64,000 bases of DNA from Gnetum montanum (lineage: Eukaryota > Plantae > Gnetophyta): NCBI GenBank assembly GCA_015680685.1, contig MNCI01001345.1, forward strand, positions 36,035-100,034, written 5' to 3'. The position numbers and the translations under genes are program-made. The notes beneath the pieces were generated by a model. The model saw nothing but the letters and a program-made list of their open reading frames with translations, ran no database searches and was not told where the DNA came from. How positions within the stretch are numbered: position 1 is the first letter of the stretch; the number at the start of each line of letters is the position of its first letter. Positions 50,173 through 63,570 of the stretch are shown here, one piece after another.

Positions 50173-53100
50173 TATATTTCCAAAAAGAAACCTACCTTCA
50201 GGCATGGGTAACATGTCTTTCTAGTGGAACCCCTAGAAATTTTATTTTGTGCTTTTATTTTATTTTTACTATGTCTACCTTACCAAAGGACTACTACCTT
50301 CCAGCATGGGTAACATGTCTTTCTAGTGACATGGTAAGGCATCACTTATTGTACTCTTACAACCATTTTTCATTAGAACTCAAGAAAATAATACACCCTT
50401 AACAACAAGATAGAACTCACAAGAGTGCTCCTATAGAATCCACAAGTTTCCTTGATGTCACATCCTTTTCATTTCAACTTGGTTCTTCACTCTTCTATCC
50501 AAGAATAATGATCACAAGTTTTTTTTTATTTTATTGTGAAAAGAATATCATTATGACCATGGTCTCAATGCTTTACATAATTATTTACCCAATCATCTTG
50601 ATAGCATAAGATAGAAACCCAACACATAATGTTGACTTCTGAACCATGACTAGTAATATTAGTAAAAAAATCATATTAGCCATCCATAAAATATAAATAA
50701 AATGACTCAAGAAAATAGAAAATTATAAAGAAAAAAATAACAAGACATGCAAAACATATTAAAAATTAGAAAATTTTGAAGAAATAAAAAAAGGATAAAT
50801 TTTTTTTTAAAAAAACTACAAATATAGTTATTAGTTTTTGACTCAAGATGGAGCATCTCTCCCATGACTAAACTCATGGGCAAGTATTTGGAAAATGGAC
50901 CAAACATTCCTTTGGTTATACACTAAAAGTTTCCCATTTATCATCATTAGCGATTTGATTTTTTGCTGGTTAGTGCATTTAACGTTGATGATAATTAGGT
51001 TTTAATCATTTGGAAAGATACTCAATTGGACTTGAAGGTATTTCCTTTTTAGAAGGTCTAGATATGTTTTCTTTTTGGTTTTCTATTTTGGTTCTTGGGT
51101 CTCTATGTTTAACAACTTCTTCTAGTGTATAGTCAAAGTGTAAGATGTCCTTTTCTAAGTTCTTTGTTTCGTTCATTTTCTTAGGACTAGAACTAATAAG
51201 TGGGTTGGATATCTCCATGCATCTTTAAAATGGTTTGGTATTCTTATTTTTTAACCACTAGGTTTCTTTTTCTTTTGTGGCTATTGTGTAGACATAAATT
51301 TACACATAGACTTTTTCTTCAAGTTTGTTGGGGTTTCTATAGGGATCGTGTTATCACTTTGAATCTTTAACTTACAACTACATCCTTTATCATTATTAGT
51401 AATGCATGGAATTTTCTATCTCTCCACAATGATCAATTCATCTTTGATGTCTTGTGTTGGAGTGGTAATGGTTATTGGCTTTTGTGTAGGATTCGAAGAC
51501 ATTGTTTTTATAAGGAAAGGAATTACACTAGATTGTCCTTGTGCTAGTTCTAATGAGATACGAGCTCTACTAATTTTATTCACGTGTGTGTGAACTATCC
51601 TAAACAAATAATTTTTCCAAGACTTTTGCTAATATCTACTAACATCATCATTCACTTGTATGTTCATGGCACAAGTGGCATTCTTTTGTTAAGGTTGTGA
51701 TGCTAATCCTTCCTACAATGTTCATTTTTGCACATGTTGATGACAAGTATGAGAGTATTGAGGATGTAATGAATAATGAGAGGTATAGGATGGTGATCAC
51801 ATAGGAGATGTTGTGGGTTGATGATATTCAAGATAGTAGTAATGATTTAAGGCATGGGAAGTAGAACCATTTGCATAAATAGTTTGTTAAACATAGTATT
51901 CATAAGGATTCAGTTGGTGATAAGGATATTTTTGGTTTATTGATGACATCTACGACTATGGGTTTTACCATTATGATTAATAGTAGTCACCAAGTTGATA
52001 AGAAGTCCCATTAGTATAGTATTATTGGTTGTAGGACTGCTTATAACTGCCTTATGGGTAAGGAAATCTCCTAGGCATTTGCTTTTTTATGAACTTGGGA
52101 TTCAAAGTGAAAGCTCTAGACTCTTATAGATGTAACATAACTAGGTAATGGCCCTTTGGATGTTCATATTGATAGATGTCACATCCATCCTCCTCCTGTA
52201 TAACCTTTTCTACTATAGCTATTTGCCTTTTTGGCCAATAAGTGTCCTTACCTATTTCCTTATTCTTTTTTCTCTTCTTGTTTTTATCACTTGATCCTAC
52301 TTTCTTTACCTTCTCCTCTATTATTTTCAAATTTGTTGTAACTATTTCATTCATCAACTTCCATATATTATCCACTCTTGCTTCAATCTCGATGATAGAA
52401 TTTTGTATTCATAAGGTTTTATGTGAAATCAACTCATCCAGAGCTACCTTTCTTTGCTGATCATAAATATGGATCTCTTTTTTATGAAGAGTTAAATCTA
52501 AGTCACATTCCTCTATACTCTCCTTTTTACATAGCTCTTCTTCTTCTTTTGCCACCTATTTAACTAGCCATTGTATCCAATGGGCTCTTAGTTTTGATAA
52601 TCATCCTTGGGCATAAATCCCATGGGTCTTCCCATTTTTTTTATAGAGTCCAACTATGATGTGAAGAAGTTTCTCACTTTGAGAAAATCCATGGCCTAAG
52701 CATCAATACAATAGAGAATAGTATCTTCTCAAGGTCAAATCAAGGGATTCATGGTTCTCTTGTTTCCATCCCTGGATTTGTTTCCTTAGATTATACACTC
52801 TTGAATAATTTTGGTATTTCTTGTGGAAGAGCTCAAGCATTATTTACCACCAGCAAATTGAATTTGGTTCTAATGATCTATACCAACTTTCAGCTTCTTG
52901 TATTGGTGTCCTAGAAAAGAGCTTAAGCTTTTGTTGCTTACTTTTGATATTTTGCAAGGTGCAAGCATCATGAAAGACTTCTAAATGTTGTTGTGGATTA
53001 GAATTATAGCCTCCCTTAAATTTAGGAATGTTATTCATATCAAGAAATTTGATCCAACATTCACTTTGATGCCTATGAGGTATTCTAATTACCTCCATGA

Positions 53101-54708
53101 TTTGTATCATGCTTTAGTAGCCAACAAGGGTTCATCAGCATTAGATATATCATGGTGATGATATCTATTTCTATTTTTCTAATTATGATGATCTTATCTA
53201 TGCTCCATTTGATACATTATATCTTTTCTTTTATTTCCATTTCTACCTCTATCATGATCCCTTAGTGGAGCTCTATCTCCATACCTACATTCATCTTCAT
53301 TAGAACTATACATTGAGGATGAAGAGGAAGATGGTGAACTGGGAAAATCACCATGGCTTCTGTATTTTTTCCTATGATCCCTTAGTTATTCTTTCCTAGG
53401 TTTGCTAAAGGTTCTAGGCCTTAAGGTTCCCCTTGTTATAGAATTGTTCCATCCCCTCTAGGATTGTCCACAATAATTAAACATTGTCTTTGATAGTAAG
53501 GGTAAAAATTAGCATATGAAACCCTTGCCTATAGAGGTCCACTTCAATTCTCTTCAATATAAGTTCTATCATTTCTTCTACTGGTGTTTTCATCATGTGC
53601 TGGATTATCGGTCTTATGTGAAGAAGACATGTTTTTGGTTAATAATTTGTATGCCTTAAAATATCAATTTTTCTTAAAAGAAAAGTCATTAATTATTTTA
53701 CAATGATTATTTGTAATATAACTAATCTAGAACACTAGCACCATCCCTAGAAATGACGCCAATGATTAGTAATGAGAGTTTCCTACACCCAACCATACAA
53801 ATCACAAGTGTGTCACATGATCCAGTTGAATTCTGTGGATTGGACTAGTGTGATATCTAGATCACTAAGTATTGATCACAGGTCGTTGTCTTCTCACTTG
53901 TACTAGTAATAGCTTTGTAACGTATGGTTTAGTCCAAAGTAGGCATATGATTATTGATGTTGTATGGCTATGACTAAGCTAGTTAAAATCATGGAAATTA
54001 AATTTTTAATTAATCTAACTAATAATAAGAAGATAAATGCTAAGCTAGTCTATGGGCGATGAGTGTTTGTTCCTAGCTCGCAGTACACGTCCTGGACTCA
54101 TGTACCCACTACTAGGATTACCGAGTGTTATGCTACTAGGAAAACTAAGTAATGGCACTACTAGGATTACCAAACGAATACATGTTTACACTCAAAACTA
54201 GTCACACTCATTCTACCAATTAATTAACATGCATGAAAATGTAAATATTAATTAAGTACATGAAAAGTAAATTGCATTGAAAGTAAATATATTCTAAGTC
54301 AAAGTGCTATAATGAACATGAATCAATCTTGATCTTATTTCCATTCATGAAATGTGTCCAAGTACAATTCCACTTGAATAAGATGTCATACAACTAACTC
54401 AAATCCATACTATAGGCACTCACTAACTATTTGCTACGATTACAAAATAAAATTGCAAGAGTCTAGCTACTAGAATGACCAAATATGTCCATAAACATGA
54501 TAGGAGACTTGTATTTATAGGTATTTATTATAATTGTAACATCACATTTACAACATATCATCCAATCCTATGATATAGCAAATGTGATGCAAGGGATGCT
54601 ACATCATAGATGCGATGTGGTAGGGGATGCTAGATTGTAGGTGTGACGTAGCATCTATGAAATAGTAGATTAAAATATGAGAAGACATTATAATTTCATG
54701 CTTTATCA
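50173..54708 (-). mobile_element. Non-autonomous family B copy 2 (gag only) with complete 5' LTR
   Basis: Colinear with 1781-6216. gag ~50830-53630 (FLDMNNIPKFKGGYNSNPQQHLEVFHDACTLQ), PBS 53744-53761 (TGGCGTCATTTCTAGGGA), LTR-B 53763-54708. Confidence 0.9.
53763..54708 (-). repeat. LTR-B, complete (~946 bp)
   Basis: TG...CA ends; reverse TATA gtatttatagg at ~54511. Confidence 0.88.
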
Positions 54709-55619
54709 ATTATTTTTATCCACATTATTTTCTTTAATTTTTGAGATACCAAAAAATCAAAAAAACATCCCATAAACATATAAAAGTTAAAATCTATAGA
54801 CAAAACTATTCATCATCTCATCTTCATTTTGTGTACCATAGTTCTCAATCTTTAAGACATTCATAAAAATACATTTTCAAATACAAATACATAATCTAGT
54901 AAAAAAACCAAGGCCATAAATATTGTCAATATCTAATCATTATAGATCCCTACCCCATAGGAGCCACCTCTTTAGTTCATGTGGTTCCTATCTCTTTTTC
55001 CTCTTTCTCTACATAAATTTTTCATTATTGCTACCCAACCCTTATGATCAATTTGTTACTTAATCAATCTTAAGCCTAGCTACCATCATCATACTCAACC
55101 ATTATTAGCCTAACCACCACTGGCTATAGTTATTCTAGTAGGAGGCACAATGTTATCCACAACAACATCATTCAACGTCATGATAGAGCATACTATCTAG
55201 TGAACTCAAATAAGAATTAACATCTAGATTCTACTAATCAAACCTACATATAAAAATTTTATACATGATGAAAAAAAAGATCAAGAATAATCAATTTTCC
55301 TCTTAATCTTTTTCCTCATCTCATCTATGTTTTATTGTATTATCTTTTTCTTTCCTTCCTATCTTAATTTTCATCTCTCTATATGTCTCTTTCTTTAATT
55401 TTTTGTTATCATTCTTCTTTCTTCATCATGCAATTTCATCTATGTCCCCTAATCTCTACTTATCTTATTCTACTAACATTTCCTCTTATAGAAAACTCTG
55501 GTAAGAATTTTTATCAGTGATCTACCTCATGCAAAGAGTAATGTGTGTTTTTTCATTTTTATTCAATGTGAATTTGTGTTGAGTTTGAGTGGCATAGGAA
55601 GAGAATTTATCAATTCATC

Positions 55620-58600
55620 AATTTATTAGCATCAATAATCATTAAAGTGTGATATTTATTCATGTCCCACTTCTATGGATAGCAACTTAACTTGATGTAT
55701 AGGCAATGTCCCTCATTTTTCTCTTCATTTTATTATCTTCTTGTTTTTGCAACTTTATATTTCATCTTCTCTCTCTTATATTTCTCTATTCTTCCTTTAA
55801 CTTCCTATTCTATCTTATTTACTTTTCTTCTATTAATACATTAGTAAGCACTAAATATTACTATTCTATTTTAGTGAGGATGTATTAAAAGTGTTGTACC
55901 TACTTCTTTGGTTTACCATGAATCAATACTAAGTACAATTTTAACATTGTTCCATATAAGTTTCAGCATATAACTCCTTAAAATTAGCATCATGGGACAT
56001 CTTTTCAACCTTAGAGATCTCTAGGAACCATTTGAACTCATGACCTAGCTTATGAGCCTAATTCTTGGTGACTTTAGCGAAGTTTGAAGACCAAAATTTT
56101 TCTAAGTGTTGGAGGTGATGTAAATTCTACGTCAATGTTTCTCCTCAACCACTAACACCACAAAAATGACAATCCTAAATCATCTTTTCTATATCACCTA
56201 TACTAAATATAAATTCAGCCTCAAATTAGGCCCCACATGACCCAAAATAGCTTATTCAAGGCATTTTCAACATCATAGGTACCAAATTTCAGCATTTTGG
56301 TAAGTTGACCCTAGGATTTTAAGACAAACATTTTTCTAATTATGAGGGCAATGCTAATGCTAATGCTAGCATTAGCATCAATGTCACCTACATAAAAACC
56401 CTAAAAAACACCATCTTCAATAGTCTCTCTGACTTCTACATGTCCTTGATGATTGCTCCTAATCATCCCCAAAAGGATGGACCTCAGTTTCATCACTTTT
56501 AGCAAGCTTCAAGAGACATGAGATAATAAATTTTTTCAAGTGTTATCCCAGTGACACTAAAAAAATTTTCTAACTATCATATGAAAATGTTAAAAAAAAT
56601 TTCTAGGTGTACAACAAGGTAACTTTGATGCTAACATCACTATTCGCATTAGTGTTGACACCAAAGTTAGAATTTTTCAATGTCAACACTAGAGTTAGAT
56701 TTTGTTCAACATCTCAAGTTACCCTACCTATGTCATCATTAATATAGGTTTCTAGGATCAACATTTAGCAACATTTTCTCACTCCATGAGCTCCTCAGTG
56801 TCCAATAGGCATCATTATAACTCATTTAGGCATTAGTTTGGGTACCCTAGAGGCTTGGAGGGACAACTTGAAAAAATATTAAAAACTTTTCTAAGTCCTT
56901 CATTGACATTAACACTAGCATTGGTGTTAGTTTCAACACATGTGGGGCCTATATATTATGATCATTGACCATCACACTCGACATGTGACAGCATCTCTTG
57001 ATATCATGGGCTCCTTAGCATTTTCATGGCATCATTCAACATCAATTCAAACATCAAAATCCATCCTCAAGGCTTGGAATTATAGTTTGATAAAACTTGG
57101 AAATTTTTTCTAAGTCCTGGATGATACTAATGCTAATTTTAATATTAACATCAACATTAGAATCAAAGTTAAAACTTTTCAACTTATCATTAGCATCAAA
57201 GTTAAAATTTTTCAACTCAGCATCAACACCAAAGTTAGAATTTTTCAGCCTAGTTCAAAGATCAAACTTGCTAAAATTAAGATTCATATAAACTATAAGT
57301 GGACTTCACTTAACTTTGAATTTAGATTTGAAAACCCTAACCCTATAAATATGGCATCAAAAATCATATTTCAAGGCTAATTTCTTGAAAGCTGGATCTC
57401 ATTCTTGGATTTCAAAAGATCACAAGTATGAGTAATAGACATCGTAACATCTCCTACATGCTCCATGTTCACCCTTAGAGCTCTAGGATTAATACTAATG
57501 TAAAATTAATATCAATTAACTATCTTTGGTGTTAGTTTTTAGAGTTAAAATTTTTTTCAAGCTTCACCATTAGTTCACAAAGTTAGAATTTTTCAAGCTT
57601 CAATGTCACTTTCTAGAGTTAGAATTTTTTTAGCTCCAATGTTAGCCACAAGACACCTAGCCAAAATAACCCAATTTTGACCTTGAATTGATTCTAGATT
57701 ACTTCTACAACTTTCCCATCCATATCCTCACCTTAAAAGGTTTAATTCCATTCTTCAAATCTACATTTTGCTCACAAATTAGGTTTTTACTATTAATTTT
57801 ATGTCACTTAAGTTTTTGCTCTAACACTTATAGTTTTGATTGTCCTGAGGAGTTAGAACACTTCATTTTCAATAATAAAGCATTTTTATCCTTTGAGAAG
57901 GAAATGAAAACCCTTCCTCCATATTATAGCTCACATATTCTAGAATTTTATGTTTATTTTTTTGCACATTTTACAATTAGTTTTTATTTTATCACTCATA
58001 GTTTTTCCATACTTAGTCTAATTTTCAAGCAATAAATAATTAGTCAAATTTTAACATTTTCACCTTATGTTATTATCATTTATAGTTCACATGTAGTAGG
58101 CTAAGTACAAATTTAATTGAATATTTGTACCCCATCATATCATTATTATTAACTTAGTGAGGATTATGTTGAGTCAAATACCATTTGTAACTACAAGTTA
58201 GACTTTTAACACTTGATTCATAGAGGTATCCTTGCAAAGTTAAGAAGAATACTTCTACAAGAACTAATATCTTGAGTGAGACATGATGTGAGCATAATTA
58301 ATGATATTCCTTAAGAATCTTGTGTGTAAGATCTAGCCATGCTTCCCTTATGTGACATGGCATCATCCTCATGATTCGTGTATTGATGACATCCTAACAT
58401 TCTCCCCTTCTCCTACCTTTTTCTTCCTACTTTTATCTTACAGGTACATTAATTCATTCATCCATTCTCTTCTTGATGGATCCTCCTTTAACATCTCAAT
58501 AGCATTCATCAAGAAAGGGTAATGTTTTATCCACTTATTTTTTTTCATAGTGACCAAGTTAAATATGGTTTTAAAAAAGTCCCAACTAAATTTGAGCCTA

Positions 58601-61205
58601 AACCTCCTTTAAAATAGCTTCACAAGGCATATTTCTAGATCTTAGATCCATCCAAGGACTATTCTAGCCCATAACCTAGCATATGAACTCCAATTTTGGT
58701 GACCCAAAAAATGTTTGAAAACAAAAATTTTTCTAAGTATTCTATGTCAGCATTTCTCCTAAATCACTAACACCATATCAACTATAATCCTATATCATCC
58801 TATCCATGTCATCTACACCAAAACTATATTTTAGTCTTATGACCCAAACAAAGTTGTCCAAGATAGTTTTAATAATACAGGGGTCAAATCCTAGTATTCT
58901 GTTAGATTGATCTTGGATTCCTTGGAACCAAAAGTTTTCTAACTCTAGATATGATGTTGATGTAGATGCCAACATTAGCATCAGTTTTAGAACCTATAGG
59001 ACCTTTTCCAATATTTTCATATTACTTCACACATCTAGTTTATAACATTTCATGGGTTTTCAAGCTTCTTAGTATCCAATAAGCATCATTACAACTCATT
59101 TCAATATTTTTAAGCACCTTGAAGGCTTAGGTGGACAACTTGGAAAAAAGTTGAAATTTTTTTTAAGTCCTTAACTAATGTTGAACATCAATGTTAACAC
59201 ATGTGGGATCCACATCTTATGATTTTTGACCACTACATTCCATATTCAACATCATCTCTTAGTATTACAAGCTTCTCAGCATCATTTGGCATTAGTTCAA
59301 GCATCAAAAGAAGTCCTAGAGGCTTTGAATTATAATCTAGCAAAACTTGGAAATTTTGTCTAAAAGTTCTGGATGACAATGACGCTGATGCTAGCATTAG
59401 CATCAAATTTATAATTTTTCAAGTTTTCATCAACATGAGAGTTATAATTGTTTAGCTCAATGTTAACACCAAAGTTATATTTTTTTATCATCATCAATCT
59501 ACACTTCAATTTCTAGTTTCCAAGAATGAACTTTAGATTAACTTCACTTAACTTAAGGATTAAATTTAGAAATCATAAGCCTATAAATATGGGATCAAAT
59601 CATACATTCACAGCCATTTTCCTAGCATGCAATAGATCACCTAGCATCTTCCATATGCTTCATAGCTAACATAACTCCTCTCAGCTCCAACACTAATACT
59701 AACATGTTATCAACATAAATTTAGTGTCCACATTAGCACTCCAAACTTAGATTTTTTTTAACATCAATGTTAGCTCCCAAACTTGGAATTTTTCAACTTA
59801 ACATTAGAACCAAAGTTAGAATTTTTCATCTTAGAATCAATACTAGAGTTGGAACATTTTCAACATCAATTTTAGTCTCTATAGTTAGAATTTTTTAGCT
59901 CCAACATCAATCCTAAGACATTTAGCCCAAACAACTCTATTTTGGCCCTATATTAATTTTTGATAGCATCTATAGCTTTCCCATCTATATACCCATACAT
60001 CATAGGTTTAATTTCACTTTCCAAACCCACATTTTTCTTATAAATTGGAGTTTTGTTATCAATTTTACCTCACTTACATTTTACGCTAATACTTGTAGTT
60101 TGGCCCTCCTTAGAAACCTAACACTAATTCTTCAATAATAAGGCATTTTTCTTATTTGGAAAGGGAACTAAACTATGATATTCTAATATTGTATGTTATT
60201 TTATGCATATTTTGCATTTAGTTTTTATTTTATCATTCATAGTCCTTTTCATACTTAGTCTATTTTTTATTAATAAACACTTAAATAAATTTCAGCATTT
60301 TTACATAACATTCTTATCATTCCCCTATCATTCCTAGTTCATTTGTAGTAGGTTAAGTCCTTATTCGATTAAAGATTCATGCCCCATTGTATTGTTATTA
60401 TTAACCTAGCAAAGGTTATATCATGTCAAAAACTACTTATGGCCATGAGTTATATTCTTAAAACTTGATTTGTGGAGGTGTTCTTATGAAGTTAGGAAGA
60501 ATAATTTTGTAGGAATAGGGTTCCATGTATCAACTTCATATCTACATCATGATGCAAATTAGGGAAAGCATGACACTACATCTAGTACACATGCATGATG
60601 GAAATGGATCCAACATCATTTCATGTACCATCATCGAGCATCTAAACCTCAAAAAATATGTTACATACTCTAACTTAAACACTACTTTAATACCATTTAA
60701 CAAAGCTAGAGAAGAGATCATCGACTTGATTAAATTACCTTTCTTAGTAGGGAAGTGTATCACTTTGAAAGCTACTTTCGATATAATTAGAAACTCCTCA
60801 AGAATAAATACTATCATCATGTGGCATAGTCCCTTTTTGTATAGGCAATGTCCCTCATTCCTCCCTTAGTTTTGTTATTTTCTTATTTTTGCAACTCTAT
60901 ATTTCATCTCCCCTCTCTCATGTTCTTCCATTTATCCTCTAACTCCCCTTCCTATATCACTTTCTTTCCTTTCATTAGCCCATTAGCGAGGATTAAGTGA
61001 TTATGTTTTATTTTGGTTAGCATGTGTTGAGAACTTAAGTGGGCCATGGCATGAACATCATCAGTGATACTCATTCAACCATCTTATGTTTAGAATATAA
61101 TCATGTCCTCCTTTTATGATATAGTACCATTCTTAGACTAATGTATTAATAATATCCTAATATTCTTTCCTTCTCTTGCTTCTTTCTTCCCGCTTTTCTC
61201 TTACA
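55620..61205 (+). repeat. Heavily decayed duplicated repeat (~2.3-kb unit x2 plus shorter duplicated blocks), probably LTRs of another retrotransposon family
   Basis: ~55960-58340 aligns with ~58600-60520, 55620-55900 with 60780-61040, and 58379-58442 with 61142-61205. TATA ctataaatatgg at 57343 and 59581. Many aagttagaatttttc motifs. Confidence 0.6.
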
Positions 61206-61207
61206 AC

Positions 61208-62703
61208 TGTTGGCGACCATTTGGGACACGACCGCCAACGAGTGTCCTCGAACAGGATTTAGGTGCCTACTGGTCTCTGGCTACACCAAGGCCCAGATAC
61301 CTCCAAATAGACTCAGTAGTTAATGTGAGTATGTGTGTGTGCTGTTGCGGCGTGCGGTTGTGAGAAATGTGACAATTTCAATGTGTATGAACTACAAATG
61401 ACTTACTTTAAAGAGATTCAGCCAACTTTGCCAAGTACTGTGAGTTCTTGAAAATTTCCTATTTTGTTCAACTGCCTAGTCTACGCAGCCCCTATAATAC
61501 CTACTTGTAACAAATAAAATTTTGCAAAAAACTTTGAGCACAACTCCGCAATCTACTCCTAATTTTCCCCAGAGAAAGAGATAGTTCCACAAGAAAACTA
61601 GAAATAGAGCAAGATTCGATGGAAATAAGCAGAAAAGAAAAGAAAGCAGATTTGTGTAGACCTCAAATATTTAAACAAGGTAAAATGACACGAGTAAACA
61701 CTTCGCAATAAAGCTATCCCAAATTCAATATCTACGAATTGTTCAAACTTCCAAGGCTCAAACAAGCAATATCTTCAAGACAATCCTATTATGCTACCAA
61801 AAATTGCTGCGTAAACTACCACGTACGAGACTCCATTTTGACTAGATAATAGATGTCAACGATTGCATTCAAACAGAACCTTTAAAAGACTTGACAATTT
61901 CTGATTGAAATACCACGAGAATTCACTTTAAAGATAAAAAGAAGCTATTCTGGTCCCATCAAAATACCAAAGATTTTCTGAACCCTCTCGACTACTGAAT
62001 TGTTCAACGGCGTGACTACAAACAGAGGCTCTCTTACAACAATCCCAATAGCAGTTCCCACACGTTGCACAATAACGAAATTTACTACTAAAATGCTCTT
62101 AAGGCTTTTAAACACAAGCGCTTCTATGGCAAAATTTTAATAGAAATTTCTATCGGGCAACAAGAACAATAAGAGCAATCTAAAAATCCCAAAATTACTT
62201 GCCAAGGATGATACTATCTAAACCACTAGCTAAGCAATTTAAACAAAACAAAAAATGAAATGCATAACTCACAGGACCATGACAAAGAGGCTGAAATCTT
62301 TATTCTAGCAAGCCATCTTTCAAGAAATCTCCTTTACAAATCTTCCAAGTATGATGTGAGACTTCCTTCTTGTGTGATGATGATGCTTCCCCTTCTTTTT
62401 TTTCTTCCTTGACCCCTGAAGCCTTTTTATAGGGTTCCAAGGTAGGTAGGGAAGTTACAAATTTAAAAATATCTCACCTAACTTCTCTCCCAAGTAACTT
62501 GGACCACCAATAGGAGATTACTTACTAAATATCCTAGCTAACTTTACTCCCAAGTAACTTGCCCAACCAATAGGAGATGACTTACCAAACATCCTAGCTA
62601 ACTTTACTCCCAAGTAACTTGGCCAACAAGTTAGGAAGTATTTAACTTAGGAAGTTAGGAGGTTGGGGAATAAATAAATATTGTTTTAAAAATAATTCCA
62701 TCA
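61208..62703 (-). mobile_element. Fresher LTR-like segment (~1.5 kb), no TSD found
   Basis: Ends TGTTGG...CCATCA, reverse TATA (cctataaaaag) at ~62423-62433, tandem repeats upstream of it on the minus strand, and CpG retained. Confidence 0.45.
62467..62628. repeat. 60-bp tandem repeat x~2.7
   Basis: Unit contains ctaactttactcccaagtaacttgg and ccaataggaga with an exact 60-nt period. Confidence 0.95.
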
Positions 62704-62750
62704 ATCCCATATAATGGTTCACAAGTATATCAATATGAAGCTCTTAATGT

Positions 62751-62816
62751 TTTAATAACAAGGTGATAATGCAACATTTACCTTGGAATAAATGTTATTG
62801 ATGCCTTGTTATTAAA
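62751..62816. repeat. Small fold-back (nested inverted repeats)
   Basis: tttaataacaagg/ccttgttattaaa (13 bp) enclosing aacattta/taaatgtt (8 bp). Confidence 0.8.
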
Positions 62817-62829
62817 TATAATATAAAAA

Positions 62830-63570
62830 ATGACCGAAAGAAAAATAAAATTTGAACTTTAATCCCAAATGCAAGGGCACTAGACTTGGAATAGTTATCA
62901 AAAATTCACGAAATATCCCGCTGCTGTCCAAGATCATTAGCAACCACCACTGTGAGAGAAGGCTCAGCAGCTGCATCCGGCATCGTTACTTCGTTGGATT
63001 ACTGGAGGAAGATCTGGAAATGGACTTCATTCACAGGACGGATTGCCCTGAATCATAGGGTTTCGGTTGTATGAACTATCTTATTTTACCCCAAATTCGC
63101 TAGGGCTTCCTGCACTTCCACGTTTTGAAAATTGTTCTTCCAAATTTCTGCCGTTGATTTCAGGGTTTTGGGTCATCACGTCGTAGATCTGCTACTACGG
63201 TAGAGCACCCTTTTATTTTTATTTGCGACGATTCAGTGGCACGGCATCTGCGCGGAGGTCTTGGTGGCTCCATTTGCCCTTGCATGGCTGGCCAACGCTG
63301 TTTATGATTCACTTTTTTTTTAAAATGCCGATGTCTATTTCTGGGTCATGCAGGGCGGCACACATCGGCGTCATTAGAGGCAGGCAAATTAACTGCATAA
63401 ACTTGAATTTGGATGTGAGTCCCTACAAAAGAGGTTTCAGCATAACGTGGCCAGCAGAGATGCCACTGGTTTGTGGTTAAAAGAACATTGGTTTTCCATG
63501 AAACAGAAGACCATTTCAGGGTAAAAAAACCTTTGCGTTCCTCTGCGTTAGGATTAACGCGATTCCTGCA
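62830..63570. other. CpG-retaining unique sequence, possibly promoter/5' region of a neighbouring host gene
   Basis: Abrupt rise in GC and CpG, no similarity to other repeats in the window and no recognisable protein. Confidence 0.35.

Noticed and set aside
61209-61230. tggcgacca... as a PBS for the 55.6-61.2 kb repeat
   Set aside because: It matches no tRNA end I can support beyond ~7 nt, is absent after the homologous end at 58442, and fits better as the TG terminus and hairpin of the next element.
62467-62628. CRISPR-like regular repeats
   Set aside because: Whole 60-bp units repeat with no unique spacers, there are no cas genes, and the context is eukaryotic TE.
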